A DNA stretch of 64,000 bases from Eledone cirrhosa (Eukaryota): positions 18,724,001-18,788,000 of the forward strand of contig OZ024753.1 in assembly GCA_964016885.1 (NCBI GenBank). The letters are read 5' to 3'. Below, in pieces: positions 41,411 to 55,870 of the stretch. Under the pieces are notes generated by a model. The model was not told the DNA's origin, ran no database searches, and saw nothing but the letters and a program-made list of their open reading frames with translations. The position numbers were made by a program, and so were the translations under genes. Positions within the stretch are counted from its first letter, which is position 1. Every line of letters begins with the position of its first letter.

Positions 41411-42385
41411 AGGCATTTAATAGCTTACTATCGTTTCATCCAGATATAAGTCTGGTTTTATCGGAGCATATAAAAGGTTCAAATAAATATATTCCTAACC
41501 ATTATAACATTTAACAGGATACATTATAGGTGAGTCGACTAATTATTAGTGTTAATCCCAATATATTAAAGAACAAGAGCAAAAGAAGGTTGAACAGATT
41601 TTAAAATAGTAATGAAAAATTGTGTTAAAGCTATAATATAAATATTATGAGGTGTATGCTATATATAAGGATATGGTTATTACTTATAGCAGAATATCAT
41701 AAGGATACTATACCAAGAATATTGTACCAAGAATATTATACAAAACATATTAATAACAGTAAAGTACATGCAATGTAGTAAGACAATGGTGTAGTGAAAG
41801 CATACATGTAGGTATTAAAGATTATAAGTATCATAAGATATAGTGATTTAGGCAAAAAGCTTTACAATATTAGTCATAATGTTCATGCAGAAGAATATAT
41901 TGCCCGTAGGTAGAAAGCATAGAAGCATTAAGTTCAGAATCGTAGAGTTCGGAAACAGAGTGAAAAAATATATAATCCAAACATACGGAGTTTAAAATTG
42001 TTTTTCTTTGAGGTTATGATAACAGTTATGATAACAGCTACAGTACCAATTCGATGTCCATGAAGTCGTGTCATACCAGATGTTTAAATTCCATATATAC
42101 ATCAATACTATCACTTATAATCAGTAAATAACGTTGATTGATTGTATGTAGTTAATGCACTTGTTGCTTGACATTTTCAAAATAGCACCTCAAGGTGGAC
42201 TTGGTTAAATTTCAAATATCAGCTATTTAATATATTGGGATTAACACTTATAATTAGTCTTCTCACATATAATCTATCCTGTTAGATGTTCTAATCATTA
42301 GGAATATATCTGTTTTCACCTTTTATATGCTCCGATGAACCCAGTCCTATATCTAGATGAAATGGTCCTAAGCTATTAAATGCCT
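41411..42385. mobile_element. Old PLE remnant bounded by inverted HHR-bearing pLTRs
   Basis: 41411-41570 mirrors 42226-42385. Cores: CCGATGA-...-GAAA (42332-42362, +) and CCGATAA...GAAA-cgatag-TA (-). Confidence 0.6.
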
Positions 42386-42412
42386 TAAACATAATTCGAT
42401 TGTTATTTATGT

Positions 42413-42453
<41 letters not shown>

Positions 42454-42530
42454 TCGGTATAAAAGGATTATCTTCAATTTTTTTCCTGCATTTCCTGTCC
42501 TTCATTCTCTCTATAATACTTTTTTACCTT

Positions 42531-42585
<55 letters not shown>

Positions 42586-42677
42586 TGGAACTACAACTGG
42601 AACCGTCGAGCAAACTCTACGTGAGCTGATAATCTACTGTGTGTAATATTTATATTACAACACAACGGAAAATACTG

Positions 42678-42715
<38 letters not shown>

Positions 42716-42723
42716 TATATATA

Positions 42724-42889
42724 GGAAAATGTTTAACCCCGACGGTAGAGCTCAATACGTTTGAACGGCTATTTCTGAAGCTCTGCCGTAGGGGATAAAC
42801 ATTTTCCTATTAACCACTCTACTACCCAAAGTATTGAGTACTCTGGTGCATTATGATCCATCTGGTCCCTTTCCACACTTCATTCGTTA
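42724..42889. mobile_element. Short fold-back repeat, copy 2
   Basis: ggaaaatgttt...gagct / agctctgccg...aaacattttcc; homologous to 606-781. Confidence 0.6.
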
Positions 42890-42904
42890 TATATATATAT
42901 GAAC

Positions 42905-43215
42905 AAAAAAATGGCGTAGACATACAACACAACAGGAGGAACAATGAATATAACACCACTGACGATGTTGCAGATGTGCAACGAAAGATTTATGTAAATT
43001 ATGTAAACTATATATATATGTGTTTGTCTATATTGTATCTGTATTATTTTTGACCGCCGGTCAGTCAATGGCAACATTGAGGACCGAGTAAGTTAGATCG
43101 CAGATATGTATATATAAAAGACAGCGAGAAGCGAAAACCAACCAAACAGTGAGTGTGTTCTGTTATTAATTCTGGCAATATTACGCAAATATGACCCTCC
43201 CCAAATATAACAATA
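42905..43215 (+). mobile_element. Solo pLTR of PLE-3 with HHR core
   Basis: Homologous to 28068-28368 and flanked by (TA)n. Confidence 0.8.
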
Positions 43216-43336
43216 TATATATATATATATCTTTTTATTCTCTTTATAATCCCATTTTTCCCGTTCATTCTTACTCATATCTACCTTTTCTTACATCTTT
43301 CCTTAAATCATCAATGTATGTCTTCACATTTATTAT

Positions 43337-43378
<42 letters not shown>

Positions 43379-44035
43379 GGTGTTGGATGCTTAAAGCGTC
43401 CGTATGCGGTAGGCCGTATGAGCACTCGATGCCCTCATAGAGCAGAGTATGATATCACAGAAAAAAGAGAATCAGTGTTGCGACGAAAGGAATTTATTGG
43501 ACATATTACAATTGTTTCTCGAGCGACCAGCTCGAGGCACGATCGATGTGGTTATCAAACCTGACACTGAAATGGCGCGGTCCTCGGATACGTCTCGATT
43601 CTACGAAGCAGATTTTCCTATATATATATGTCTGTGTGTGTGTGGGGGGGGGGGGGGGGGTATTTCACATCAACGTTATTCCTACTTTAGTCCTCTGTGT
43701 ATCAACGGAATTTTGATTAGTTCCATTTATTTGCAGGTTTTATTATCACACCATTTATATTCCGATAAGTAATATCGAATATCAGATGTCACAATGTAAT
43801 TTCTTTATATATATTAGTCATCCTATAGCATATCACAATGTCTTTCAGCAAAAATTACTTTTGAATAAATTCTAGCTATAGAAAATAATTATCTATATAG
43901 TTACGTTTTGTGAGTCAGTTTTATAATTTATTTCTTCTTTATATACATACACAATGATTGTGTGTATTGGGGTAGGGCTGGAGTCAATTGTGTTTTCGTG
44001 TTGTATGTATGTATGTATGTATGCATGTATGTATA

Positions 44036-44362
44036 TATCCAATGATATTGACTTGTTCTTCTTTTTGGTAAATATCATCTTGGTTAAGAGAGTGGGACTG
44101 GCTTTGTGCAGTGCCTTTGCTCACTATAAAAGCTTCACGGCACAGGCATTGCTTTATATCTGGAGATCTCTCTGCACTTGTCGTCACATGGTACCATGGG
44201 CCTAGCACTATGTGTCAATAATTGTCACAAGTGTAGTGTTTGTACCAGAGTTTTCAAGTCGCTGGCTGGACTAAAGTCACATTCGTTCAGCGCATCGGTA
44301 GGAGTTCTCCTACATGGATATAAAGTAGTGGCCGTACTCGAAAACGAGTTGGCAGCCACCAT
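44036..44362 (+). mobile_element. RTE-derived element, 5'-truncated copy
   Basis: Homologous to 30033-30360. Confidence 0.75.
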
Positions 44363-44388
44363 GTATATATCTATGTATGCAAAATTTA

Positions 44389-45146
44389 GAGGATGTCCAT
44401 AAAATCTCTTTACAATTAACAAAAATCATTACAAAAGCAAATGTGGAAATTATTACAAAATGAGGTGCCGATATTGAAGTTGTTTTTAACTAATTTAATA
44501 CACCTCTATATTGGCACCATTAGTTGCAGGAAGGACATCAAGATGGTACTAGATTTCTTGCCATGTTTGCCATAGCATGGCCTCATCCATGGTGGCAATG
44601 GCATCACTGATCTTTTACTTCAGATTAGTGATGTCTCGTATCTTTGTTACACGATATATCTAACGTAACCCCCACCGGTCTGGAAATGTTTGATTTAGGA
44701 ACCCACGAACATGCAGTCCACAATGTGGTGGTGCACCATCTTGCTGAAAAATTGTGGTTGGTTGAAGGTCATCTAGTTGTGGTGCCACATATTCAGTCAA
44801 ACGTTCATGATAAACATTTGTATTAATTGATATCTCGTTGGAGAAAAATGGACAAATGATAAATGTCTTGTGCCATGCACGAATTGACGAATGTCACGGT
44901 GGATCTCTTTCGTACTTAGTTCTGTAGTTTCGTTGAGTCTGCTTACTCGATTTTGCTTCAATAAACCATGACACGAATTCTCCCTTTTCTACCTCTTCAT
45001 CAACAGGATACCAGACATACACAAATCCAGTTTGATTAAACACTTTGATAACTACTGAGAACATAGAACAAATCTGATTCAGATATCTCATCAATTGCCT
45101 TTGTAATATATTTTTAAAATTGTAAAGGGCCTTTATGGACACCCGG
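44389..45146 (-). mobile_element. Internally deleted Tc1/mariner-superfamily transposon
   Basis: TIRs gaggatgtccataaaatctctttacaatt / aattgtaaagggcctttatggacacccgg with TA flanks. Minus-strand transposase remnants EKGEFVSWFIEAKS...QRNYRTKYERDPP and FQQDGAPPH. Confidence 0.8.
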
Positions 45147-47261
45147 TATATTTAATTTAGATGTGACTTTATACATATAAGCTCGCATATCTGATGAAAC
45201 ATCCAAACAAACTTGTGGCCCATCACCTTCATTGTACCCTGAGCTGATCGATATCGAAACAATTAGATTATGCAAATGAAATTTGTAAATATGCGGCAAC
45301 ACTGCGTTTGACTTTGATAAAATATATTTACACTCTGCGCACTACGGGGACATATGTTAAAAAAAAATTGGAATACAACCGAAACGAAACAGACCTGGTA
45401 ACAGCAGCGAGTGCTTGGAACGGCACACCGCATGTAATTATTGTTACACACTTAACTAACACACACACACACACGTACACATATATATCTAAACTATAAT
45501 AAAAGAGGGTCTGCGAGACTGCGTACAGTTTTTTTTTATCCCGTTAGTAAAATAAGTTGGATTACTTTGAATATATAATGAATGAATATTACATAATTTA
45601 TCTACTAAATTCCGTCTACTAAATAGTATATATAATTAGTTACAACACTTACATATAGAGGTAGTTAAGTCTCATTGGTTTCGACACTCCATCTCATTCA
45701 GCCTGTTATATAATCTAAGATGGCTACCTTCCAAGAATACATTTCTGAATTTTTTAGAAAATACAGGAGAGTTTTTCCAGGTCAGATAATATCAAATTTA
45801 GATATAAGTAGAGACATCTTTAAATAATATAACGGGAGGTAACTATCAAAAAACCACAAAGGAGGCAACTTGTGTTACAATAAAAAATGAGGAACACGGA
45901 GATACAAAGTTAATTATCGTTCTTTGGTTCGCACTTTGGATGAAAGAAGATGTATTTAGTGTAGGTGTGGGGCACACCTATTTATGTTTCCATTTCGAAA
46001 ACAACTGGATTGAACTGATTTGGTTCTTAAGTGGCAATCGAAATGATTTGCGGAGCATTAGTCTGAAATTCTGTTCTGGATCATTGAATAGCTACTGAGT
46101 ACGGCAAGAAACAGTTATTAGAACGAAATCTCTTGGTTTTAATAAAAGTAAATGTATGTGATATTAATGAGAAATATTTCTATAGTTAGATATTGTATAA
46201 CATTTAGCCAAATTAGATTTAATATCTACTTTCTAGCGTGATATATAAATCAACAATTCTATTTCCTAGTATTCTATTTCACCACTCTTTTCAGAATATG
46301 CATTAATCCTTTAGTTTTGCTGTCTTTAAAGCGAAGATTTCGATGAGATATACGTTCGACATTGCATGGACTAAGATATTAGTCAGTTTAAATTCAAATG
46401 CTGCCTCAACTGTCATTCTTCATGTTGCGGTCCATTTATCCTGATTTACTACTATTAGAGTATTAAACATATTCTATCTTCATTGATAGTAGAGAACTTT
46501 ATTTCATGAAAGGATACGTAATTCTAGATTATAAAATTGGCTGATGCCAGTGGTTATATTTATAAAACTAAGGAAATGAATAAATATATGTAAATGACAT
46601 ATGAATTGAAGTATATTGAAAGTATTTGAATTGCTATATCGAGTGTTAGTAGAAGTAAACTGCTCTTAATATTCTCTTCTGGTTTTATTAACGTTTATAT
46701 GACAGGACAAGTATAGTACACTTTCAGATTAAATTCTTGTGCAAAGCTGCTTCATTTCCTTATGTAACTAATAACATCAATTCAAGGTTCTCGGTTCTTT
46801 TCTCATAAAAATAAATATATTTCTTTGTGGATCGTAGAAAATGATTAGTATAAAAAATACTGAGGGATTGGGATGAAATGACATTGTGTCCTTGAACAAG
46901 ACATAATTTACCTTTGCACTAGTCCACTCAGCAGGAAAACATAATATGTACCTTTTATTTGAAAGAACCAAATTTATGATACATTATATCAGGATAAAAC
47001 TCCCTGAGAAGTACGTTATGGGTACACGTGTCTGTAGAAAGGTCAAACATTTACACATATAATGAGTAGGCTGTTCCAGTGATCGAACACATGGAACATT
47101 CATCGGTTAAAACAATGGACGCCCATTCATGAGTATTACGGTTTAATGCCAACCTACTTGAGAATCAAACCCATCACTTCATGTTGGCCCATCCGATAAT
47201 TATACAAGGAGAATAATATAGTTGTTTCTTAACGAAAAGTCAGCCTCTCCAATGTTCAATA

Positions 47262-48877
47262 TATATAAATATATATTCTACTTTTCATTGATAGCCAGCC
47301 TCTCCTATGTTAATTATATATAAATATATATTCTACTTTTCATTGATAGCCAGCCTCTCCTATGTTATATATATATATATATACTCTACCTTTCATTGAT
47401 AGCCACCCTTCCCTATGTTATATATATATATAAATATATATTCTACTTCTCATTGATAGCCAGCCTCCCCTATGTTATATATATATATAAATATATATTC
47501 TACTTTTCATTGATAGCCAGCCTTCCCTATGTTATATATATATATATATAAATATATATTCTACTTTTCATTGATAGCCAGCCTTCCCTATGTTATATAT
47601 ATATATATATAAATATATATTCTACTTTTCATTGATAACCAGCCTTCCCTATGTTATATATATATATATATAAATATATATTCTACTTTTCATTGAGAGA
47701 CAGCCTTCCCTATGTTATATATATATATATATAAATATATATTCTACTATTCATTGATAGCCAGACTTCCCTATGTTATATGTATATAAATATATATTCT
47801 ACTTTTCATTGATAGCCAGCCTTCCCTATGTTATATATATATATATATAAATATATATTATACTTTTCATTGAGAGACAGCCTTCCCTATGTTATATATA
47901 TATATATATATAAATATATATTCTACTATTCATTGATAGCCAGACTTCCCTATGTTATATATATATAAATATATATTCTACTATTCATTGATAGCCAGAC
48001 TTCCCTATGTTATATATATATAAATATATATTCTACTATTCATTGATAGCCAGACTTCCCTATGTTATATATATATAAATATATATTCTACTTGTCATAG
48101 ATAGCCAGCCTCCCCTATGTTATATATATATATATATATAAATATATATTCTACCTTTCATTGATAGCCAGCCTTCCATATGTTATATATATATAAATAT
48201 ATATTCTACCTTTCATTGATAGCCAGCCTCTCCTATGTTATATATATATATATATATATATTCTACCTTTCATTGATAGCCAGCCTCTCCTATGTTATAT
48301 ATATATATATATATATATAAATATATATTCTACTTTTCATTGATAGCCAGCCTGCCTTATGTTATATATATATAAATATATATTCTACTTTTCATAGATA
48401 GCCAGCCTGCCCTATGTTATATATATATAAATATATATTCTACTTTTCATTGAGTGCCAGCCTCTCCTATGTTATATATATATAAATATATATTCTACAT
48501 TTCATTGATAGCCACCCTGCCCTATGTTATATATATATAAATATATATTCTACATTTCATTGATAGCCACCCTGCCCTATGTTATATATATATAAATATA
48601 TATTCTACATTTCATTGATAGCCACCCTGCCCTATGTTATATATATATAAATATATATTCTACTTTTCATTGAGTGCCAGCCTCTCCTATGTTATATATA
48701 TATAAATATATATTCTACATTTCATTGATAACCACCCTCCCCTATGTTATATATATATAAATATATATTCTACTTTTCATTGAGTGCCAGCGTCTCCTAT
48801 GTTATATATATATAAATATATATTCTACTTTCCATTGAGAGCCAGACTGCCATATGTTCAATGTATATAAATATATA
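47262..48877. repeat. Minisatellite, ~55-62-bp unit, roughly 28 copies
   Basis: ctacttttcattgatagccagcctYccctatgtta-(ta)n-aatatatatt. Confidence 0.92.
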
Positions 48878-49173
48878 TGCTATGCTTAATGCAAAGTGGA
48901 CTGTACGATGAAGGCAAGGAACAATTTAGCTACGTAGTAATCTTTAATTTTCTTACTGTTGTTACTTTCCTCCTTATATTTCGGGTCTTAAATACTCCTC
49001 TTCAGATAATAAGGAACTCAGAGAAAACTGATCCCGTTTCTTCTCTTTGTGATAAAATTAAATTAAAATTTTATGAACTGATTTCAAGCGTTTTTTTTCA
49101 TGATAAGCTCTACGACGACCTCAGTTGCCGATGTTATATTTCACGGAAATATATTTCCTTGTGTGTGTATTTT

Positions 49174-49205
<32 letters not shown>

Positions 49206-49559
49206 AAGGTAGAACACTGGAAGGTAATATCCGTAGTAGTACTGCACTCAGTCCATGGGACGTGTTTGGTAGAAGTGGTAACATAACAGTTAGTTCACCA
49301 TACCGAGAACAATTGTTGCACCTTATACGGATCCTATCTCGGAATGATAATGGTTATACGGAACAGGAAAAGGAGGAACAGTCCTATGAACGCGCATGCG
49401 CAGACACGGTCACTTCCCCCAAGCGATAAAAAAACACGGTCGAAAGGTGTAACGAAGATAACTGCGAATATACGGAATAAATTGTTCGACTTGATTAGAA
49501 TAATAGTATGTTGATAATATTCGATCCGGAGCTTTGTAGTATCGTAAGACGTGTTTCGA

Positions 49560-50058
49560 GACATGTGGACAGCGTGAGAAGATTTCATTTCTTGGATTTA
49601 GGCAATCGCTATTGCGTAATCTCCTTGCATATTGATCCTTTCTTCAATACACAATCCACAAGACGGATTACCCCTTGTGTAAGGCTTGGACTTAGTGATA
49701 GCTTTCCATTGAATGCAATTGTCTACACATGTGTCTTTGAGGGACCATACCTGGCTCACGAGCTTCCTGGATGATCGTTTGTCCGGGTACCTAAAGGTCA
49801 ACTGATCATTCAATGAAACTACGGTACTCTTGCGCTAACAATATGAAGGCCCCCATGACCAACAGCCCTAAGAGCAGCACCCCACCAGGATGCTCTTGCT
49901 GAAAGCCTGAAGCTTGTTCCCTTAATCAGCAATGCCACACACACGCTGTAGTTTATGAAGCTGTCGTCACATCCAACCGACCAAATCAACCACATGTCAA
50001 ATCCTATGTGGGTATGGCGCAGGGCTGGTTTAAGGAGCGCTTCCTTAACCATTAGTTG

Positions 50059-50062
<4 letters not shown>
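49560..50062. pseudogene. Naiad GIY-YIG fossil split by an inversion
   Basis: Plus strand 49885-50062: GCSC*KPEACSLNQQC..AVVYEA...YVG...FKERFLNH. Minus strand 49598-49810: QLTFR...WKAITKSKPY...CGLCIEE. Confidence 0.75.
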
Positions 50063-50108
<46 letters not shown>

Positions 50109-50110
<2 letters not shown>

Positions 50111-50304
50111 AAAATGTTCAAGAACTCGACAGCAGAGCTCAGGCCGTTTCGACGGCTATTTCTGGACTCGAAATAGAAGTCAAAACGACCTGAGCTCTGC
50201 CGTCGGGGTCTTGAACATTTTCCCATTACACACTCTACTACCATAAGTATTGAGTACTCTGGTGTGTTAGGGTCCACCTGGTTCCTCACCACACTTCCTT
50301 CGTT
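50109..50304. mobile_element. Short fold-back repeat, copy 3
   Basis: Homologous to 606-781 and 42724-42889. Confidence 0.6.
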
Positions 50305-50617
50305 ATGTATGTATGTATGTATGTATGTATGTATGTATGTATGTATGTATGTATGTATGTATGTATGTATGTATGTATGTATATATGTATATATGTGTGT
50401 TTGTGTGTGGGTGTGTATATTTTTTTGATAGACTATATATATATATATTTATATCTGTACTTTTAACCGTTGGTCAATCAATAGTAAACATTGATTGTCA
50501 GATAAATTAACCATGGAGATATAAAAGATACAGAAGCGAAAACCAACCCAAACCAAACAGTGAGTGTGTTCTATTATTATTTCTGTCAATATTGTAACAA
50601 TAAGTCCCTCCCCAAGT

Positions 50618-50658
<41 letters not shown>

Positions 50659-50694
50659 TATATGTAATGTATAATAAACAATACTATATAATTA

Positions 50695-50762
50695 CCTCAT
50701 TACCAGAGGTTTCCCGAATAAGACGATTACTAGAAACGTCCGCATTCGTTCGTCAGACAAGG
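50695..50762 (-). ncRNA. Type I hammerhead (likely 3' pLTR of Naiad-4)
   Basis: Reverse complement: ccttgt-CTGACGA-acgaat...attcgg-GAAA-cctctgg-TA-atgagg. Confidence 0.65.
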
Positions 50763-51491
50763 CATTTTAAAACAGTGAAATATTTGAAAAATCTCCTCAA
50801 GAAAGGCTAAAAGTTTAACTGGCAAAAAAAAATAAAAGTAATAATATAAGAAATGTATAAAAAATAAAAATAAAGAAATATAGTAAGGGGATGTGTGTAA
50901 ATGTGTGTATATGCACATACATATGTACATATGTACATGTGTGTGTATGCATAACTGCATGTGTATATTGAAAAAATGTGTGCGTAAGTACATACATGAG
51001 GGCAAACATATTAGTGTATGTGTGACCACAAATATATATATATATATATATATATATGTTAAAAATAGAAATTGTAAGATAATGGAGTTAGCGTACATAC
51101 AGACTTAGGGACTAGCGCTGAAATATATACACATACAAGGATGAAAGGACGCACGCACATAAACATACACACACGCGCAACCACATACATGTATGTGATA
51201 TATACAGGGAAGGGAGTGTATAAAGTCAACGCAGTGTCAGACGGAATGTCGATACAAATATAAAATATGAATAAATGAAATATATGAGATAAGAATACAA
51301 AATTAAGGCTAAGAGAAAGTAACGGGGAGAGGTTGTAATATATAAAGTAACACAAGAAAAAATAAATAAAAAGTAGAAAAAATGCATATATGCGCACAAG
51401 CTCATACACATACATATATATCAATATATATACAGAGACAAAAACACGTGCACAAAAGCATACATACACATACACGCATACATACATCCAT

Positions 51492-52088
51492 ATGGTGGCT
51501 GCCAACTCGTTTTCGGGTACGGCCACTACTTTATATCCATGTAGGAGAACTCCTACCGATGCGCTGAATGAGTGTGACTTTTTAGTCCAGCCAGCGACGT
51601 GAAAACTCTGGTACAAACACTTCACTTGTGAAAATTACTGACACATAGTGCTGGGCCCATCGTACCATGTGACGACAAGTACTGAGAGATCTCCAGATAT
51701 AAAGCAATGCCTGTGCCGTGAAGCTTTTATAGTGAGCAAAGGCACTGCACAAAGCCAGTCCCACTCTCTTAACCAAGATGATATTCACCAAAAAGAAGAA
51801 CAAGTCAACATCATTGGATACCATCAGAGTTGCAGGTGTTATATCAGAGTTTTATTTCACCTAGAAATCTGCCTTGACAAAGGTTAGGGGTCATCTCTCC
51901 CGGTGATTTTGTATGGCCATTGACTCTTAAGAGCTCCTTTGCCCTTTGACAGGTTTTGTTTTTAGTCCTGCAGGATGTCCAAAGTCACCCTCCTCACGAA
52001 GAAACCTTGGTGGGGTTGCCAGTTTAGTCGCCAACGACCCGACCATGAGACAGGTTGTACTGGGATACATGTTACCAGTAGCACCAAC
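51492..52088 (-). mobile_element. RTE-derived element, full-length copy with TSD
   Basis: Reverse complement of 55273-55870. Flanking duplication catacatccat at 51481-51491 and 52088-52098. Confidence 0.85.
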
Positions 52089-52639
52089 ATACATCCATAT
52101 ACACGATTACATACATACATATACACATATATATATATACATACATGCACATCTATTTACACCCACGTCCGCGACCATATATATATATATAAGTATATAT
52201 ATATATATATACATGTGAAACCACATATACGTAAACGCACACACGCACACATACGAATGCGTTCGTATACAAACACGTATACATGAACATATGCGCATAC
52301 ATACATATATAAACAAAACAACTGTATGAATAAATGGGTACAAAATATACGAAGTATACATACATAAAGGCGGCTGAGGGACAGCGGAAACTATCTGGAG
52401 TTAAAAACACAAGTGACATGTGAGGTCTGGTAGTGAAAGAAAAGGGGGAAGTAAAATAAATGTAAATAATGTATAATTGTTAAGATATGAAGTTAATGAA
52501 TTAAATAGCAAGGGGGGTCACTCGTGGATGTAAAGTAAAAATAAAAGTAAAAGGTAAGTAAAACTGAATGAGAAGTCTATAAAGAATGTAAGTTAAGGAA
52601 AGTGAAGAACAAGAGTGTATGGAAGATAAGAGTCTGAAA

Positions 52640-54145
52640 GTGAGTTAAGTTTATATGAGCTGGAAAGCAAGTGTAATTTCATGTGTGGGCAATTGGTTAA
52701 AATTTGTTGCATTTAGGCAGGTTTTCGGTGATTTAAGGTTCTGTAAAATCCAATATGCAGAGTGCGCATCCTCTTGTTCCTCTTGTATATTCTTTAGATT
52801 GGTTCAACATTGACCAATCTAATTCATATTGGATACCTTGGTCATTCAAATCCCAAATTCTGCTAGCCAGAGCTGTTGTAAATCATTTTTGAAGATGTCG
52901 GAAAGATGCAATATGCGAGTAATAATGCGTTTCGAATTTATCTTGTGTCTTACCCACATATCGTTCGCTGGTGGCTGGTAGGTTGTTGCTGGTGGTTGTC
53001 ATTTTAGCCGCATATACAATAGCTTTGGTGTTGCATTTACCTTGTAATGGGCATTCACTTTTGACTCTACAGGAGCAATTTGGGTGTTTTCTTATTAAGG
53101 ATATAAGATTTAATAGAGGGACCGCAGGAGTAGCTGATTTCGACACAGTTTCTATTGAAGATCTTATAGTATCTGTGTTCTAGGGAAATGTTTATCTAAG
53201 AGCTCTAGGGATATTTTGTCTACATTAGTTTTAACTGCTAAAGAATAGGGGGGTGTGAACCAGATTATTTTTCTTTTCATATTATTATTTTTAAAGGAGT
53301 TAGTATTGTTTGGTATGTACTTAATCGGTTCACTAAAAACACTATTTTGAAGGGCTTTATTATAGTAGGGGATGCCTAATTATAAATAGCTCAATGGTAT
53401 GGTTAGGGAATTTCTCTTTAAGTGTGTAGAGGAGGAATATGCCGACTAAATCACACACGTCAGCACTGTTAAAATAACCCATTGAGACATCGAAGGGGTT
53501 CTCTGGGTTGAGACATCGAAGGGGTTCTCTGGGTTAGATTTGTTTGCCTAAGTATCATTATTAGTAAACAGTAACGCATTTCTAGTATGCAAAATGACAT
53601 TCTCTTCAATATCAGAAATATTAATAAACCTTTTAGCAAAATTGAATGCTTTCGTTAAAGGAGCGTGAGTAATAGACGGGTAGAAGTCTACAATGTCAAA
53701 TTGGGTGAATCTAGAACTACTTTTATCTTTAATATTTTTAAACCAATGTACTACAGAAGAGCTATTTATCCATTGGAGTAATTCTTACTTACTTCTAATA
53801 TGTTTGTTTATGTTATTTAATATATACTTTGCTAGCAAGGCCGATTTCAGTCTTAGCAGGGTTGATTAATCTATAACTAGGACGATTATTAAAATCAGAT
53901 GTGTGATCTTTAAGAGTGATGTAGGCATTACATATGGCAAGTTTTTTTTCTGTTCTATTGTCTATTTTTAAAAAACTAGCTAATTCTTTGGAGTCCTTAT
54001 TAATAGTATTATAGGTGTTTATGTTAGCATCACCTCTAAATACTAAATAGCTATCTGTTAAGAGTTGGTCATGTAAGTTATTATTAACTTCGTATGAGTT
54101 TTTAGTTTTATCGGAGAAAATGAACATATTTTTAGAATATTTGAA
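52640..54145 (-). pseudogene. Naiad-4 RT + GIY-YIG fossil
   Basis: AYITLKDH...RLINPAKTEIG, FDIVDFYPSI, FDVSMG...DLVGIFL, CSCRVKSECPLQGKC..AIVY..YVG; deletions and frameshifts. Confidence 0.82.
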
Positions 54146-54690
54146 TTCATAGAGATGTTCTCTGGCAATGAACGGAAAAAACGAAGATAATACGTCATAT
54201 GCAATTGCACGCAAAGACAAAACCACGTAAATTGTATAGCTGAAGTCGTAGACTAAAATTCTAACTAGGAAACCAAATGAATCTAGTGTTTTCGCGTATG
54301 CTTGTATATGTACGTATTTGCATGCGTGTATGTATTTATTTAATTTCTATTACCTCTGTATTGTATTTTATTTACTTTATTCTTAACTATGAAGTGCAGA
54401 TTCATTCGGTTTCCTAGTTAGAATTTTAGTCTACGACTTCAGCTATACAATTTACGTGGTTTTGTCTTTGCGTGCAATTGTTCTCCACGCTCCACATATG
54501 GCGTATTATCTTCGTTTTTTCCGTTCATTGCCAGAGAACGTCTCTATGAACCACCTAAGAGAACATTAGTCTACGACTTCTTTTATACCATAAACGTGGT
54601 TCTTTCTTTGCGCGTAATTGTTTTTCACCTCTCCTATCTATGACGTATTATATTCGTTTTTTCGCGTTCTTTGCCAGGGAACGTTTCCAC
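54146..54690. repeat. ~140-bp inverted repeat plus diverged third copy at the 5' junction of Naiad-4
   Basis: 54146-54284 mirrors 54398-54550; 54568-54690 is a diverged direct copy. Confidence 0.75.
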
Positions 54691-54774
54691 GAACCAAAGT
54701 ATCGTCTTCCTGTCTTCCTTCGGTTGCAACGTTTTTTGAAATATCCACTTCTGCGTTTACAGATTGACTTTGTT

Positions 54775-54825
54775 AGTTTCAGAAGATCCCGTTAAGGGTG
54801 AAAGCAGCGATTCTTTGCTTAAACT
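54775..54825 (+). ncRNA. Degenerate hammerhead
   Basis: agttt-CAGAAGA-tccc gttaa gggt-GAAA-gca...tgc-TT-aaact (CTG>CAG). Confidence 0.45.
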
Positions 54826-54845
54826 TTAATCTCTTATTTTAATAA

Positions 54846-54880
<35 letters not shown>

Positions 54881-55272
54881 AATTGGCTGACTGAATACGC
54901 ATTTATTTTTTCCAAATGTTATTTTCCGTTCCTATCTCATTTTATCGTTTGATGAAGGATTAGAGATAGAAACGTTAAGTGACTCTTCCAATAATTTCAA
55001 AGGTTAAACTAATTTATTTCTTTATTGTACTGTATGCTTTGTTAATTCTGTTCACTTTTCATAGAATCATATATAACGTAAGCGGGGTTGCCCCATGATC
55101 ACCTGGTGACGAATATTCCCAAAAGACCAGATGGCAGCCAGCATCACGTGACAAGGGCGCGAAAAAGACCCCTCTGGATATTGGCGATTACAGACTGAAC
55201 GATGCACCGAAAGGCGCAAAATAACCTAACACTAAGACACACATTTATACATATATATATGTCAGGTCACCA

Positions 55273-55870
55273 GTTGGTGCTACTGGTAACATGTATCCCA
55301 GTACAACCTGTCTCATGGTCGGGTCGTTGGCGACTAAACTGGCAACCCCACCAAGGTTTCTTCGTGAGGAGGGTGACTTTGGACATCCTGCAGGACTAAA
55401 AACAAAACCTGTCAAAGGGCAAAGGAGCTCTTAAGAGTCAATGGCCATACAAAATCACCGGGAGAGATGACCCCTTAGCCTTTGTCAAGGCAGAATTCTA
55501 AGAGAAGGACAACTCTGATATAACACCTGCAACCCTGATGGTATCCAATGATGTTGACTTGTTCTTCTTTTTTGTACATATCATCTTGTTTAAGAGAGTG
55601 GGACTGGCTTTGTGCAGTGCCTTTGCTCACTATAAAAGCTTCACGGCACATGCATTGCTTTATATCTGGAGATCTCTCTGCACTTGTCGTCAGATGGTAC
55701 CATGGGCCCAGCACTATGTGTCAATAATTGTCAAAAGTATAGTGTTTGTACCAGAGTTTTCAAATCGCTGGCTGGACTAAAAAGTCACACTCGTTCAGCG
55801 CATCGGTAGGAATTCTCCTACATGGATATAAAGTAGTGGCCGTACTCGAAAACGAGTTGGCAGCCACCAT
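55273..55870 (+). mobile_element. RTE-derived element, full-length copy
   Basis: Homologous to 29779-30360 and 51492-52088. Confidence 0.85.

Noticed and set aside
47262-48877. CRISPR-like repeat-spacer appearance
   Set aside because: The spacers are only (TA)n length variants, the context is eukaryotic, and there are no cas genes.
55273-55380. HDV-like or twister ribozyme at the 5' end of the RTE derivative
   Set aside because: Partial pairings are seen (ccagt/actgg, acc/ggt), but I could not build a complete P1 or twister core.
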